Shown: positions 1 through 12,491 of the stretch, in pieces | How the letters are laid out: each line of letters starts with the position of its first letter | Numbering within the stretch: the first letter of the stretch is position 1 | Source: Octopus vulgaris | Lineage: Eukaryota | Assembly: GCA_951406725.2 (NCBI GenBank) | Contig: OX597835.1 | Coordinates: 29,822,001-29,886,000 of the forward strand | DNA: 64,000 nucleotides | Reading direction: 5' to 3' | The notes under the pieces: generated by a model | What the model was told of the DNA's origin: nothing | What the model saw: the letters and a program-made list of their open reading frames with translations, nothing else | The model's database searches: none | Position numbers and translations under genes: made by a program

Positions 1-118
1 GTAGAAATTTCTTTCAAAATCCCTATTTTTTTTCATCCATTTAACTTGTGCAGGTTGAACCATGTCAAATGTTAGAGAAAGAAGCTCAGCTGTTTCATGC
101 AATGCATAACAATACATT

Positions 119-530
119 TATGGCTGTGTGGTAAGTAGCTTGCTAACCAACCACATGGTTCCAGGTTCAGTCCCACTGCGTGGCATCTTGGGCAAATGAC
201 TTCTGCTATAGCCCTGGGCCGACCAAAGCCTTGTGAGTGGATTTGGTAGACGGAAACTGAAAGAAGCCCGTCGTATATATGTATATATATATGTGTGTGT
301 GTGTATGTATTTGTGTGTCTGTGTTTGTCCCACTAGCATTGCTTGACAACCGATGCTGGTGTGTTTACGTCCCCGTCAATTAGCGGTTCGGCAAAAGAGA
401 CCGATAGAATAAGTACTGGGCTTACAAAGAATAAGTCCCGGAGTCGATTTGCTCGACTAAAGGCGGTGCTGCAGCATGGCCGCAGTCAAATGACTGAAAC
501 AAGTAAAAGAGTAAAGAGTAAGAGTAAAGA
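119..530 (+). mobile_element. tRNA-derived SINE family A, full length (head, internal TA/TG microsatellite, tail)
   Basis: Pol III-like boxes TGGCTGTGTGG and GGTTCAGTCCC; body ...GGAAACTGAAAGAAGCCCGTCG; tail ...GGCGGTGCTGCAGCATGGCCGCAGTCAAATGACTGAAAC ending in GTAAAAGA repeats; more than 10 related copies in the window. Confidence 0.85.
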
Positions 531-723
531 GACCCAGCTCTTTCTTACATACCAATCTATGCATCTAAAGCAAATTTTTTTCAGGGGCTCTTAAAATACT
601 ATTGTGGATCCCCAATTTACTATTTTCTAGCGTGACCCTCCTCACAATTCTTATATGGACCCTTAGAGATCATATGGATCCCAGTTGGAAAGTGATTAGG
701 ATATGAAAGAGATCTCTCTCACT

Positions 724-1369
724 CATTTCTTCTTCTTCATCTTCTTTCCTTCTTCCAGTTCTTCTTCTTCTTCTTCTTCTTCTTCTTCTTCTTCTTCTTC
801 TTCTTCTTCTTCTTTCTTCTTTTTCTTCTTCTTCTTCTTCTTCTTCTTCTTCTTCTTCATCATCATCTTTCTTCTTCCTCTTCTTCTTCTTTCTTCTTCT
901 TCTTTCTTCTTTCTCATCTTCTTCTTTCTTCTTCCTCCTCTTCTTCTTTCTTCTTCCTCTTCTTCTTCTTTCTTCTTCCTCTTCTTCTTTCTTCTTCTTC
1001 CTTCTTCTTCTTTCTTCTTCTTCTTCTTCCTCTTCTTCTTTCTTCTTCTTCCTCCTCTTCTTCTTCCTCCTCTTCTTCTTTCTTCTTCCTCTTCTTCTTT
1101 CTTCTTCTTCCTTCTTCTTCTTTCTTCTTATTCTTCTTCTTCCTCTTCTTATTCTTCTTCTTCCTTCTTCTTCTTTCTTGTTCCTTTTCTTCTTCCTCTT
1201 CTTCTTCTTTCTTCTTCCTTCTTCTTCTTCTTCTTCTTCTTCCTTCTTCTTCTTCCTTCTTCTTCTTTCTTCTTCTTTCTTCTTCCTCTTCTTCTTTCTT
1301 CTTCTTCCTTCTTCTTTCTTCTTCCTTTTCTTCTTCCTCTTCTTTCTTCTTTCTTCTTCCTTCTCCTCC

Positions 1370-1400
<31 letters not shown>

Positions 1401-1418
1401 CTTCTCCTTCTTCTTCTC

Positions 1419-1464
<46 letters not shown>

Positions 1465-1548
1465 TTTTCTTCTTCTTCTTCTTCTTCTTCTTCTTCTTCT
1501 TCTTCTTCTTCTTCTTCTTCTTCTTCTTCTTCTTCTTCTTCGTCTTCC
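724..1548. repeat. (CTT)n-rich polypyrimidine tract
   Basis: About 820 bp of near-pure C/T triplet repeat; a similar tract lies at about 2160-2590. Confidence 0.95.
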
Positions 1549-1934
1549 AGTCGGTTGTTAGGTTGGTTGGTTGGCTACACGGCTTGAAAGTTGAGCGTGG
1601 ACTGGCCTTCAGCCTAGCTGTTCGACGGCTGAGCTGATTGGAGGCTCTTCACGAGGAATGGCAACATATTACAAGCTTCACAATAATGGTAAAAGCGACG
1701 ATAACGACTAAAAAAGAAAAAAAACGAAAAGCAACAACAACAATAACAATGAAGATAACTACATCTATAAGAACAACAACAATAGTAATAATGAAAAAAA
1801 TGAAAACGCCGAGACAAAGAATAAAAAAAAGCACATTTCTCAAGAGAATATCCCAAAGATTATCTTGATCTGCAAAACCTCAATAGATCTAGTTACAACA
1901 ACAACAACTACTACAACTGCTGCTGCTGCTGCTG

Positions 1935-1968
<34 letters not shown>

Positions 1969-2025
1969 AGCCGCTGATGGTACTACTATTACATCTCTAT
2001 TGCTTCTACAACAACAACAACAACA

Positions 2026-2078
<53 letters not shown>

Positions 2079-2775
2079 AACAACAACAAAAGCCACAGTA
2101 ATATTAATCACGACAACAACAACGGCGTTTTTGAGCGTGATTAGGATATGAAAGAGATCTCTCTCTCTCTCTCGTTTCTCTCTGTTACTCTTCCCTCTTC
2201 TTCTTCCTTCTTCTTTCTTCTTCTTTCTTCTTCCTTCTTCTTCTCCTTCTTCTTTTTCTTCCCCTTCTTCCCCTTCTTCCCTCTTCTTCTTCCTTCTTCT
2301 TCTTTCTTCTTCTTTCTTCTTCCTTCTTCTTCTCCTTCTTCTTTTTCTTCCCCTTCTTCCCCTTCTTCCCTCTTCTTCTTCCTCTTCTACTTCTTCCTCC
2401 TATCCTTCTTCTTCTTCTTCTTCTTCTTCTTCTTCTTCTTCTTCTCTTCCCCTCCCCCTCCTTCTCCTCCTCCCCCTCTTCCTCCTCCCCCCCTTCTTCT
2501 TCTACTTCATCTTCTTAATATTTTATTCCTTCTTTTCTTCCTCTTTTCCTCTCTATCTAGTCTCTCTCTATTTCTCTCTCTCTTTCTCTCAATCAATCTA
2601 TCCACTCACATGCATACAAGCACAAAGACAAACACATACACACGCATATACAATAGTAGAATAAAACAAGAGAGTTAGTTTAATTTTTCCGTTTGATCGT
2701 AAATTGCATAATCTTTACGCGTGTTTCACCACCAAATACTTGTGTGTTATGTAGTACGTTATGCTAGGAAATATA

Positions 2776-3950
2776 TGACGGTGAAACGTGTCACACTGAA
2801 ATGCAGGGTTGTGAAATGTGCGACAGTGAATTGTGTGTAGGTGAAATTATCAGTGTGAAATGTGTGACAGTGGAATGTGTAACGGTAGAATGTGTCACAG
2901 TGAAATAAGTGACGGAGGATGTGCGACGATGAAATGTGTGACAGTAGAATGTGTCACAGTGAAATAAGTGACGGAGAAAATGCGCCAGTGAAATGTGTGA
3001 CAGTGGAATGTGTGACAGGAAAATGTGCCACGGGGAAATGTGTGACACTGGAATGTGTGACGGGAGAATCTGCCACGATGAAATGTGTGACGGGAGAATA
3101 ATGTTACGGTGAAATATGTCACATTGGAATGTGTGACAGGAGGATGTGCCACGGTGAAATGTGTGACAGTGGAATGATTGACGGTAGAATGTGACATAGT
3201 GAAATATGTGACGGAGAATGTGCGACGGTGAAATGTGTGACAGGAAAATGTGCCACGGGGAAATGTGTGACACTGGAATGTGTGACGGGAGAATCTGTCA
3301 CGATGAAATGTGTGACGGGAGAATAATGTTACGGTGAAATATGTCACAGTGGAATGTGTGACAGGAGGATGTGCCACGGTGAAATGTGTGACAGTGGAAT
3401 GATTGACGGTAGAATGTGTCATAGTGAAATATGTGACGGAGAATGTGCGACGGTGAAATGTGTGACAGTGGAATGTGTGACAGGAAAATGTGCCACGGGG
3501 AAATCTGTGACAGTGGAATGTGTGACAGGAGAATCTGCCACGATGAAATGTGTGACGAGAGAATATGTTACGGTGAAATATGTCACAGTGGAATGTGTGA
3601 CAGGAGAATGATTGAAGGTAGAATTTACCTCAGCGAAATGTGTGACGGCAGAATGCCACACGGTGAAATGTGTGACGAGAGAATATGCTACAGTGAAATG
3701 TGTGACGAGAGAATATGCTACAGTGAAATGTGTGACTGGAATGTGTGACGGGAGAATGTGCCACGCCGAAATGTGTGACAGTGGAATGTGTAACGGGAGA
3801 ATGGCCCACGGTGAAATGTGAGACAGTGGAATGTGTGACGGTAAAATATGTGACGGGAGAATGCTCCACAGTGAAATGTTTGATAGTAGAATGTTCTACG
3901 GTGAAATGTGTTACGGTAGACTGTGCCACGGTGAAAGGTGTCCTGGTGAA
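2776..3950. repeat. 15-bp-unit minisatellite with about 225-240 bp higher-order repeat
   Basis: Units such as CAGTGGAATGTGTGA and CGGTGAAATGTGTGA; marker ATGTTACGG recurs at 3101, 3326 and 3565; ORF track shows 5-aa periodicity (VTHST/VTHFT). Confidence 0.9.
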
Positions 3951-4003
3951 ATATAAACTTCCAAAAACATACAAGGTCTCACTGTCTGTCTGTCTGTCTG
4001 TCC

Positions 4004-4045
<42 letters not shown>

Positions 4046-4188
4046 TTTACACACACACAAGCTACATATAAACAACGTCCATACACAAATTTGCACACAA
4101 ACATATAAAGCAAGCTCAGTGTATAGGCAACTATTACACAAACTGGGTACAAATTCTCTCATTTTATGTTTGCATATATGCATATATG

Positions 4189-4250
<62 letters not shown>

Positions 4251-4284
4251 GTCTGTCTGTCTGTCTGTCCGTCAGTCTGCCTGA

Positions 4285-4318
<34 letters not shown>

Positions 4319-5321
4319 TCACTTTTTTGCTACTTCTCGCTTTCAGCATTAATAGAAAGAACGAAGTAAAATTCTCCGGTCACGCGCATGCACACACACA
4401 CACACACACACGCACATACACACACATACACAAACACAGGTATATATATATATACGTATGTGTGTGTATATGTGTGTGTGTTAGACAATATGTATCAGCT
4501 TACTCTTCATACACATATTCTTCATATATACACATACATCTATATTCAATCAGCTACACACACACACACACAGTACACATGTACACAACTTATATACTTG
4601 TACCTATACACACATACACACACACACTCACACACACACATACAGACACATACACAAATGTAGAAACTCTACTGCCTCTCACCCTCACACCCACATATAT
4701 AATTAGCGGCGGTCGTAAATCGGTGAGGGGTGGGTTCTTACCGAGTTAAGTGGAGGAATTCTTCGTGAGAAAGCAAACACCAGAATTGTCAGGAAAAAAA
4801 CAGAATATTAGAACGGTAGGTAATAAAAAAACACGTCGCTAAACACTGCAAAAATGTTAATTGTAATATAGAGGTCTCGAATTAATTAGTGTTTAAATTT
4901 CTCGCACTGTTTTCGCGTCGTTATATATACTCCAGTAGCTTCACACGCACGAACACGTACGTACATACATATATACATACATACATACATGCATGCATAC
5001 ATACATACATACATATACATACATACATACACACACACATACATATATACATACATACATACATATATATATACATACATACATACATACACACACACAT
5101 ATACATATACATACATACATACATACATACGCACATACATATACATACATACATGCATACATACATGCATACACACACATACATACATACATACATACAT
5201 ACATACATACACACACATACATACACACACATACATACATACGCACATACATACATACATACATACATACATACATACATACATACACACACACATACAT
5301 ACAGACATACATGCATACATG

Positions 5322-5370
<49 letters not shown>

Positions 5371-5757
5371 GTATATATATATATGAATAGATAGATAGAT
5401 AAATATACATATTTATATGAGACACATATGTGTATTTGTGTGTGTAAGTGCATGTATGTATACACACACACACATATGTGTGTGTGTGTGTATACGCACA
5501 AAAGCATAGACAGGATAGCGGATACTCGCACGCGCTTGTGCGTGTGTGTGTTAGTGTGTGTATGTATGTATGTCTGTGCAAGTGTGTTTGTAATCTAAGT
5601 GCTTCACTCGAAATGCACATTTGCAATTCTAAAGCTGCAGGAATGCAGATAGGTATGTTATGCATTCAGGGTGCATAAATAAACAGATTCCCCTTTATCT
5701 AACAACACGGGTGAGTCAAAAAGTAATGCCATTTTGTTTAGTACAGGTAAAATTACC

Positions 5758-5974
5758 TATTTCTTTATTACCCACAAGGGGCTAAACACAGAGGGGACAA
5801 ACAAGGACAGACAAACGGATTAAGTCGATTACATCGACCCCAGTGCGTAACTGGTACTTAATTTATCGACCCCGAAAGGATGAAAGGCAAAGTCGAATTT
5901 GAACTCACAACGTAACGGCAGACGAAATAACGCTAAGCATTTCTCCCGGCGTGCTAACGTTTCTACCAGCTCGC
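5758..5974 (-). mobile_element. SINE family B nested in the MITE
   Basis: Reverse complement of the 19617-19851 unit; TACC direct repeat at 5754-5757 and 5975-5978; removing it restores MITE arm symmetry. Confidence 0.85.
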
Positions 5975-6183
5975 TACCGACACAGGAACATGTATCATAC
6001 ATCAAAGTGAAGCTGGTCCTCTATGGATCACATCCCCACTTCTCAACATAATTACCGTTTCTCTCAATAGCAATGTTCCACCTTCGAGTGAGAACATGTA
6101 TCCCTGCCCTGTAAAATTCTGTTGACTGTTCTTCGAGCCGCTTCTTCCCTACAGCTTTCACGTCCTCGTCACTGGAATAATGT

Positions 6184-6478
6184 GGAGGCACATGGCCTAG
6201 TGGTTAGAGCAGCGGACTCGCTGTCGAGGGATCGCGGGTTCGAATCTCAGACCGGACGATGTGTGTGTTTATGAGCGAAACACCTTAGCTCCACCCGGCT
6301 CCGGCAGAAGGTTATTGCGAAACTTCTGCTGACTCTTTCACCACAACTTTCTCTCACTCTTTCCTCCTGCATCTTGCAGTTTACCTGCGACGGACCGGCA
6401 TCCCGTCCAGGTGGGGAACCTATACGCCACAGAAACCGGGAAACCGGCCCTTATGAGCCAGGCATAGCTCGAGAAGGA
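6184..6478 (+). mobile_element. tRNA-derived SINE family C nested in the MITE
   Basis: A box TGGCCTAGTGG, B box GGTTCGAATCT; 13-bp TSD ACTGGAATAATGT at 6171-6183 and 6479-6491; second copy at 33701-33975. Confidence 0.9.
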
Positions 6479-7867
6479 ACTGGAATAATGTTTGCTTCTC
6501 AAACCCTCTTTCAAAGGGCCGAAGAGATGATAGACTGAAGGCGCTAAATTATGCCAGTAACGAGGAAGTAAAAACTGAAGTGAATAAGTGGCTCAAAGAA
6601 CAGTCAACAGAATTTTACGGAGCAGGGATACATGCTCTCATTCCAAGGTGGAACATTGCTATTGAGAGAAACGATAAATATGTTGAGAAGTAGAGATGTA
6701 ATCCACAGACAACCAGCTTCATTTTGATGTATGATACATGATCCTGTGTCGGTAATTATCCCTGTCCTAAACATTACTTTTTGACTCACCCGCGTATATA
6801 TCTACACACACATATATACATGAAATGTATATACATCAATACATGCTCACACATACATATACTTATACATATGAGTATATACACATACACACAAACAGAG
6901 ACACACACACACACACATATATACACCCGAAGAGCACCTGTACGGATTTTCGTCTACCAGTTTCTCTGACAAGACATTTGTCAGACGGGAGCTAATGTAG
7001 ATTTACCCATGATACCGTGCTCTGGGTAAGACTGAACCCAAACCAGCTATTTGCAAAGCTAGCTGCTTAAACCATACAAACAAGTCTACGCCTTAGTTGA
7101 CTGATAATAAATAAGAGCTGAAATATAATCAGTGCGTGTGTTGTAATTGGCCAAATGACTTTCCCAAAATACAAAAACTCACGCACACACGTACATACAT
7201 TCAAATGAAGCTCGTATGTTTGGTACAGAAGCGGAAAACACACGATACAGACGAACAGACAATTCACCATGCTGAAGATGTTTATATCGACAGAAACTTA
7301 AGATAACATATCAACTTTCGGAAAATTAGTCTCTTTGGAATGGTAAAGCTTGTTAGCATGATCACCAGCAGTTGTCTCCAGAGTCTTCTATGACGGTGCT
7401 GCCATCTTGCGACAAGTGGGATGGTGGGCGCGGAGGATGTAACAACGGGTAAGTTTCTCTCAAGATGATGTCGGTTAATGGCAGCAGGAGGAGGAGGAGG
7501 AGGTGTGAACCCCTCATTGACGTTCGTGTCAGAGCCCTTTTTAAAAGTTTTGGATTACTCACTTCCCTCCTCTCCCCTTTGCCGCTTCTCCTCCTCCCAC
7601 AGCAGTTATTTCTTTTAATTGTTTCAATCACTGGATTGCAGCCTTGCTGGAGTACAGCCTCGAAGTATTTTTAGTCCAACAAATCGAGACCAGTACTAGT
7701 TTTTAGTTTAAAAACCTGGTACTTATTCTATCAGTCTCTTTTACTGGTTCGCTAAGTAATGAGGGAAGCAAATAAACCATCACCGGTTGGTACTCGCATA
7801 CACACACCTACACACATATACAACGGGCTTCCACACATGCACACTTACACACACACCACACACACGC

Positions 7868-7927
<60 letters not shown>

Positions 7928-8038
7928 GTAAAAAGTGAAAAAACTACAGAAGGCTTGTTTTAAAAGGTTAAAAAATATATATTTGAGTCAATATGTCTGA
8001 AGAATATTATAAATTTTTTTCTTACAATGACAGTTTAG

Positions 8039-8078
8039 AAGAAATGACCGGTTTCGCGTTTAGCCTTTCAAATTTCTT
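8039..8078 (-). ncRNA. minimal type I hammerhead ribozyme variant (U3-A8, G9)
   Basis: AAGAAAT TTGAAAG GCtaaacGC GAAAC CG GTC ATTTCTT: 7-bp helix I, 2-bp helix II, palindromic helix III, GUC site; same strand as the PLE ORF. Confidence 0.7.
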
Positions 8079-8187
8079 ACATCGTTATGTTTATGTTGAG
8101 AAGAGGTTTCGTTATGTTTATGTTGAGAAGAGTTCTAGATAAGGGGAGGTAATAAGTGATTTCTTCCGGTGTAAGGGAGATAATGAC

Positions 8188-8949
8188 TCAAAATTTTTTG
8201 CCTTTCCTTTGGGGTGAATTTCTCTGTATAAGTATGTTGGAATGGTTAAGTCTGGGCTTGTACTTTTCAATGAAGAATGTTTCCTTGTTTAGTCTAATTT
8301 GTGTTGGTGTTCCGATAGCATATTGGTAAAATGGAAAGATTAAAAATTGTGGTAGTAGTTGCTTTGCGCATTTCTCAATGTGCTCACTAAAAGGTATCAT
8401 TCTGTATTCTGGGAATGCAATCTGTTGTCGATGCAGTGTGCATCTACGTCTGAGTGATAGTCCCATGGATCCCACGTAGTCTTGGTGGCAGCCCGAGCAT
8501 TTTATGACATAAATTATGTTTTCAGAGGCACAAGTAAAGTTAGATTTGATCTTGAATTTCTGTCCCTCTTTGAAGAGGAATTCTGATCCTTCTAGCAGGT
8601 TTGGACATGTTGCACAGTTCGGTCTACCACATTTTTTTACTTTTGCATCCGTAATTTCAGAAAACAATTTTGCCTTTGTGAGAATCTTTTAAAGTGATTT
8701 AGGCTGTTTGTAGCTTTTAATGATTTGGTGTATGTTTAGAATTTCCTTTAATTTGGGGTCCTTATGAAGTATTGGTAAATTCTGGGTGATGATGGTGAAG
8801 GCTTCTTTGTTTCTGGGGTTGTATGTGGATATGTAAGGTAGTATTTTCGGGGAAGGTGTGTTGTTGTGTTGAACTTTTCTTAAAGTTTCTATGTTGATTT
8901 CTGTTGCACGTCTGATCCCATCCTCTATGAAACCAAAAGGAGCTCCCAT
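8188..8949 (-). pseudogene. Penelope linker plus GIY-YIG endonuclease, frameshifted
   Basis: CGRPNCATC zinc motif, NIIYVIKCSGCHQDYVG (GIY-YIG), RLNKETFFI..YKPRLN; upstream LPYISTYNP...SYKQPKSL is broken by a frameshift near 8690. Confidence 0.88.
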
Positions 8950-9044
8950 TCTTGGATATACTAATTAAAAAAATTAACCTTAAAATAGAAACAGACATTT
9001 TTTACAAAGCCACAGACGCCAAACAATACCTTCTTTTTAATTCC
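8940..9044 (+). pseudogene. Penelope RT C-terminal fragment in opposite orientation
   Basis: Manual translation ELPFLDILIKKINLKIETDIFYKATDAKQYLLFNS matches the PLE RT motif LPFLD...T..Y.K.T....YL...S. Confidence 0.85.
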
Positions 9045-9274
9045 AAAGAAAGACCAAAGAAGGAGGGGAAGTAGGAACCGCCAACGTACCATGTGATGTT
9101 ACACACACGCATCCAGATAAAATCTTTGACCAACGTATGTCACTACGTAGTCATCCAAATTGCTAGATGCAACAGCCAAGTCTCTTGCAGATCGGACGAC
9201 CAGCTTAATCGAAGGTTACAGACTGAGCCGTTTGTCGCACCATATTTATTTGCGCCTTTGTCTCTTGATCTGCC

Positions 9275-9321
<47 letters not shown>

Positions 9322-9324
<3 letters not shown>

Positions 9325-9578
9325 ATTGTATTTGTGTAACATCGTCCGTTTTTCCCGTCCTTGGTTTTGTATACATTCGCTGCTTTCTTCCAAGGAATCT
9401 AATCCTCTTAGCTTGGTTTTTCCTTGGGGCTGGCCAGATTGGAGCAATCTCAAGTATAGCCAGCCGAAATCGCGAAGATAATCTGGTACTTGACATAGGA
9501 CAGAAAACTTCGAATGACTTCTAATTGTTTTCTTTATATCGTCTTTCTGGATGTTTTGTTGTCCCATTTTGTATTTTA
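9322..9578. repeat. unclassified about 255-bp interspersed repeat, copy 1
   Basis: Clearly alignable to 10760-11014; both copies have (TA)n on the left and (CA)n on the right. Confidence 0.8.
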
Positions 9579-9801
9579 CACACACACACACATATATATG
9601 TATATAAATCTGTAAATGTATTCCCAAATAAAATTGCGCTTCATGTTTGAAGCTCCGATGAAGCTATACAGTGATACACAAGCACTCAAACTATGAGTGC
9701 ATTTCACCATGTAGCAGAATCAGCTGTAAGCCAATGTTCACATTATTTTACTCTCGTTTCATTTTCATTTTACACACACATACACACACACATCCACACA
9801 T

Positions 9802-9833
<32 letters not shown>

Positions 9834-10362
9834 CACACCCATCAGCATCAAACTCATCACTTCTTTTAGCGGGAAAGATGGATATCACAGTCGTCCTGGC
9901 GGCGATTCGAACACAGAGCAGAGACATAACTAAGTACCGCGTGGTATTTTCTCTGTCTATCTGTCTGTCTGTCTGTCTCTCTGTCTTCGTCTGTAACTTT
10001 ACATATGGATGATGGCGATCCCTCATTCTCTGACATCTGACATACTCCTCCTCTCCACCGCCCCTCTCACTTTTCCTTCTCTTCTCTTCCCCTTCTTCCC
10101 CTCCTCTCTTCATTTCCAAGCCTCATCTTCTGCTCACCTCTGCCTCCCTCCGACTCTTCCCCTCCAGTCCACTCCCCCTCTGCCACTCCCCCTCTTCCAC
10201 TCCACTCCCCCACTGCCACCCCGCTCCCCTCTTCCACTCCACTCACCCTCCTCCACTTTCCTTTTCTCCTCCTTGTCTTCCTCCTCCGACATAGCTCCCC
10301 CCTCCTTGTCTTCCACCTCCTCTCGAGATGTCCCACCATTCTCTCTGATATCCGAGAAATGC

Positions 10363-10398
<36 letters not shown>

Positions 10399-10685
10399 AA
10401 CACGCACTATTTATTCGTTCTTCACTCGTTTATTACTGTTCTTGTTCTGGCTTCGTCTGCTCTTTTGCTCCGCTTATAAGCGCAGTAACAGCACACACGA
10501 AAATGGAAAGTGCCGCTGAAGAGGTCACAGATGGGTAACGAAAGACTTCCGGACAATGAACAAGTGTCAGAATAACCTTTTGAACAGAGAACGTCTAGAA
10601 GGCACTTTATCTCGCACGAACACATCAATAATTTGCCTATCGACGGAGTATATACTTTCAGTATGATACTGAGATGCCTCTTTTT

Positions 10686-10759
<74 letters not shown>

Positions 10760-10762
<3 letters not shown>

Positions 10763-11007
10763 TGTATTTGTGTAGCATCGTCTGTTTTTTCCGTCCTTGC
10801 TTTTGTATGTATTCGCTGCTTTCTTCCAAGGAATCTATTGCTCTTAGCTTAGTTTTTCCTTGGAGCTGGCCAGATTGGAGCAATCTCAAGTATAACCAAC
10901 CGAAATTGCGAAGTTAATCTGGTGCTTGACTGAGGAAAGAAAACTTCGAATGACCCCTCATTGTTTTCTTTATATCGTCTATCTGGATGTTTTGTTGTCC
11001 CATTTTG

Positions 11008-11014
<7 letters not shown>
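10760..11014. repeat. unclassified about 255-bp interspersed repeat, copy 2
   Basis: See copy 1 at 9322-9578. Confidence 0.8.
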
Positions 11015-11039
<25 letters not shown>

Positions 11040-11079
11040 TTATTTATATATAGATATGTGTATATATATGTGAGCATAT

Positions 11080-11241
11080 AGGCGTAGGAGTGACTGTGTG
11101 GTAAGTAGCTTGCTTAGCAACGACATGGTCCGGGTTCAGTCCCACTGCGTGGCACCTTGGGCAGGAGTCTTCTACTATAGCCTCGGGCCGACCAAAGCCT
11201 TGTGAGTGGATTTGGCAGGCGGAAACTGAAAGAAGCCCGTC

Positions 11242-11299
<58 letters not shown>

Positions 11300-11523
11300 A
11301 TGTATGTGTGTGTATATGTTTGTGTGTTTGTCTCCCCAACTCACGTGACAACAGATGCTGGTGTGTTTTCGTCTCCGTAACTTAGTGGTTCGGCAAAAGA
11401 GACCGATAGAATGTGTACTAGGCTTACAAAGAATAAGTCCTGGGGTCGATTTGCTCGATTAAAAGTGGTGCTTCAGCATGGCCACAGTCAAATAACTGAA
11501 ACAAGTAAAAGAGAGAGTAAAAG
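11080..11523 (+). mobile_element. SINE family A, full length
   Basis: Same head, body and tail as 119-530, with an expanded internal (TA)n. Confidence 0.85.
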
Positions 11524-11770
11524 ATACATATATGTATATATATATATATGTGTATATATATAAATAAATAAATATATATATATATACATACATATACGCA
11601 TATACAGGTATACGTGCACATACACATGCATGCACACATACCCTTACCCCCGTTTCCCTTCGCGCAGAACCATACACACTTATATGACACAGCCGTTGAT
11701 ACGTTTGCAAGTAAAACTCAAACCTTATGATTTTCCCGTTCCAGTCAGTCGCAGACATTTCCTCCCCACC

Positions 11771-11805
<35 letters not shown>

Positions 11806-12448
11806 ACTATTGGATACACCTGTCAGCTGGTATATGGTCATCCATCGAGAAGGCAACGAGTGTAGAGTGCTTTGTCATGTGTGGTGAGAGTATAGATACA
11901 GACATACATACGAACACACACAAACATATATATATATATATAGACAAACATATACCCATATGCATATATATATATATATAGATTGATGCATAGATATCTA
12001 GATAGATACACCCACCCACATGCACACACACACACACACGCATATATATTATATAGATAGGTACATATGGATATGCATATATATATATATATGCATATAT
12101 ATATCTACATATATACATATCTATCTATCTATCTATTTCCATATACATACATACATACATACATACATACAAACATACATACATACACACACATACATAC
12201 ATACATACATACATACATACATACATACATACATACACACACATACATACATACATACATACATACATACATACATACATACATACATACATACATACAT
12301 GCATGCATACATATATATATATTCACACACACATATACGTGTGTGTGTAATGTATGTGTATGTATATATGTATGTATGTATATGTGCTTGTATGTATACA
12401 CATACATGCGCATATACACATCTAGGGTTGTACACGTGTGTGTATGTG

Positions 12449-12491
<43 letters not shown>

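Larger units (their letters stand above)
5706..6794. mobile_element. mariner-derived foldback MITE carrying two nested SINEs
   Basis: TIRs CACGGGTGAGTCAAAAAGTAATG and CATTACTTTTTGACTCACCCGCG(TA); long inverted arms; right arm encodes a mariner C-terminus-like peptide EQSTEFYGAGIHALIPRWNIAIERNDKYVEK*. Confidence 0.85.
7922..9044 (-). mobile_element. Penelope-like retroelement, 5'-truncated and inverted
   Basis: GIY-YIG ORF, linker ORF, inverted RT fragment, and a hammerhead in the 3' terminal region; abuts a (TA)n tract. Confidence 0.88.

Noticed and set aside
670-1587. 233-aa and 294-aa K/E/R-rich and S/F-rich ORFs
   Set aside because: Translations of a stop-free (CTT)n tract
2710-2735. Minus-strand GAAACACGCGTA hammerhead 3' half
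   Set aside because: No CUGANGA half upstream
2791-3974. Repetitive His/Thr/Cys ORFs, or a CRISPR-like array
   Set aside because: 15-bp satellite open in several frames on both strands; no unique spacers, no cas genes, eukaryotic context
6184-6265. tRNA gene
   Set aside because: tRNA-like head runs into a SINE body bounded by a TSD; no proper acceptor stem or terminator
7268-7310. CTGAAGA-TGT..ACA-GAAACTTAAGAT hammerhead-like string
   Set aside because: U16.1 is missing and helix I is out of register; at best a decayed copy
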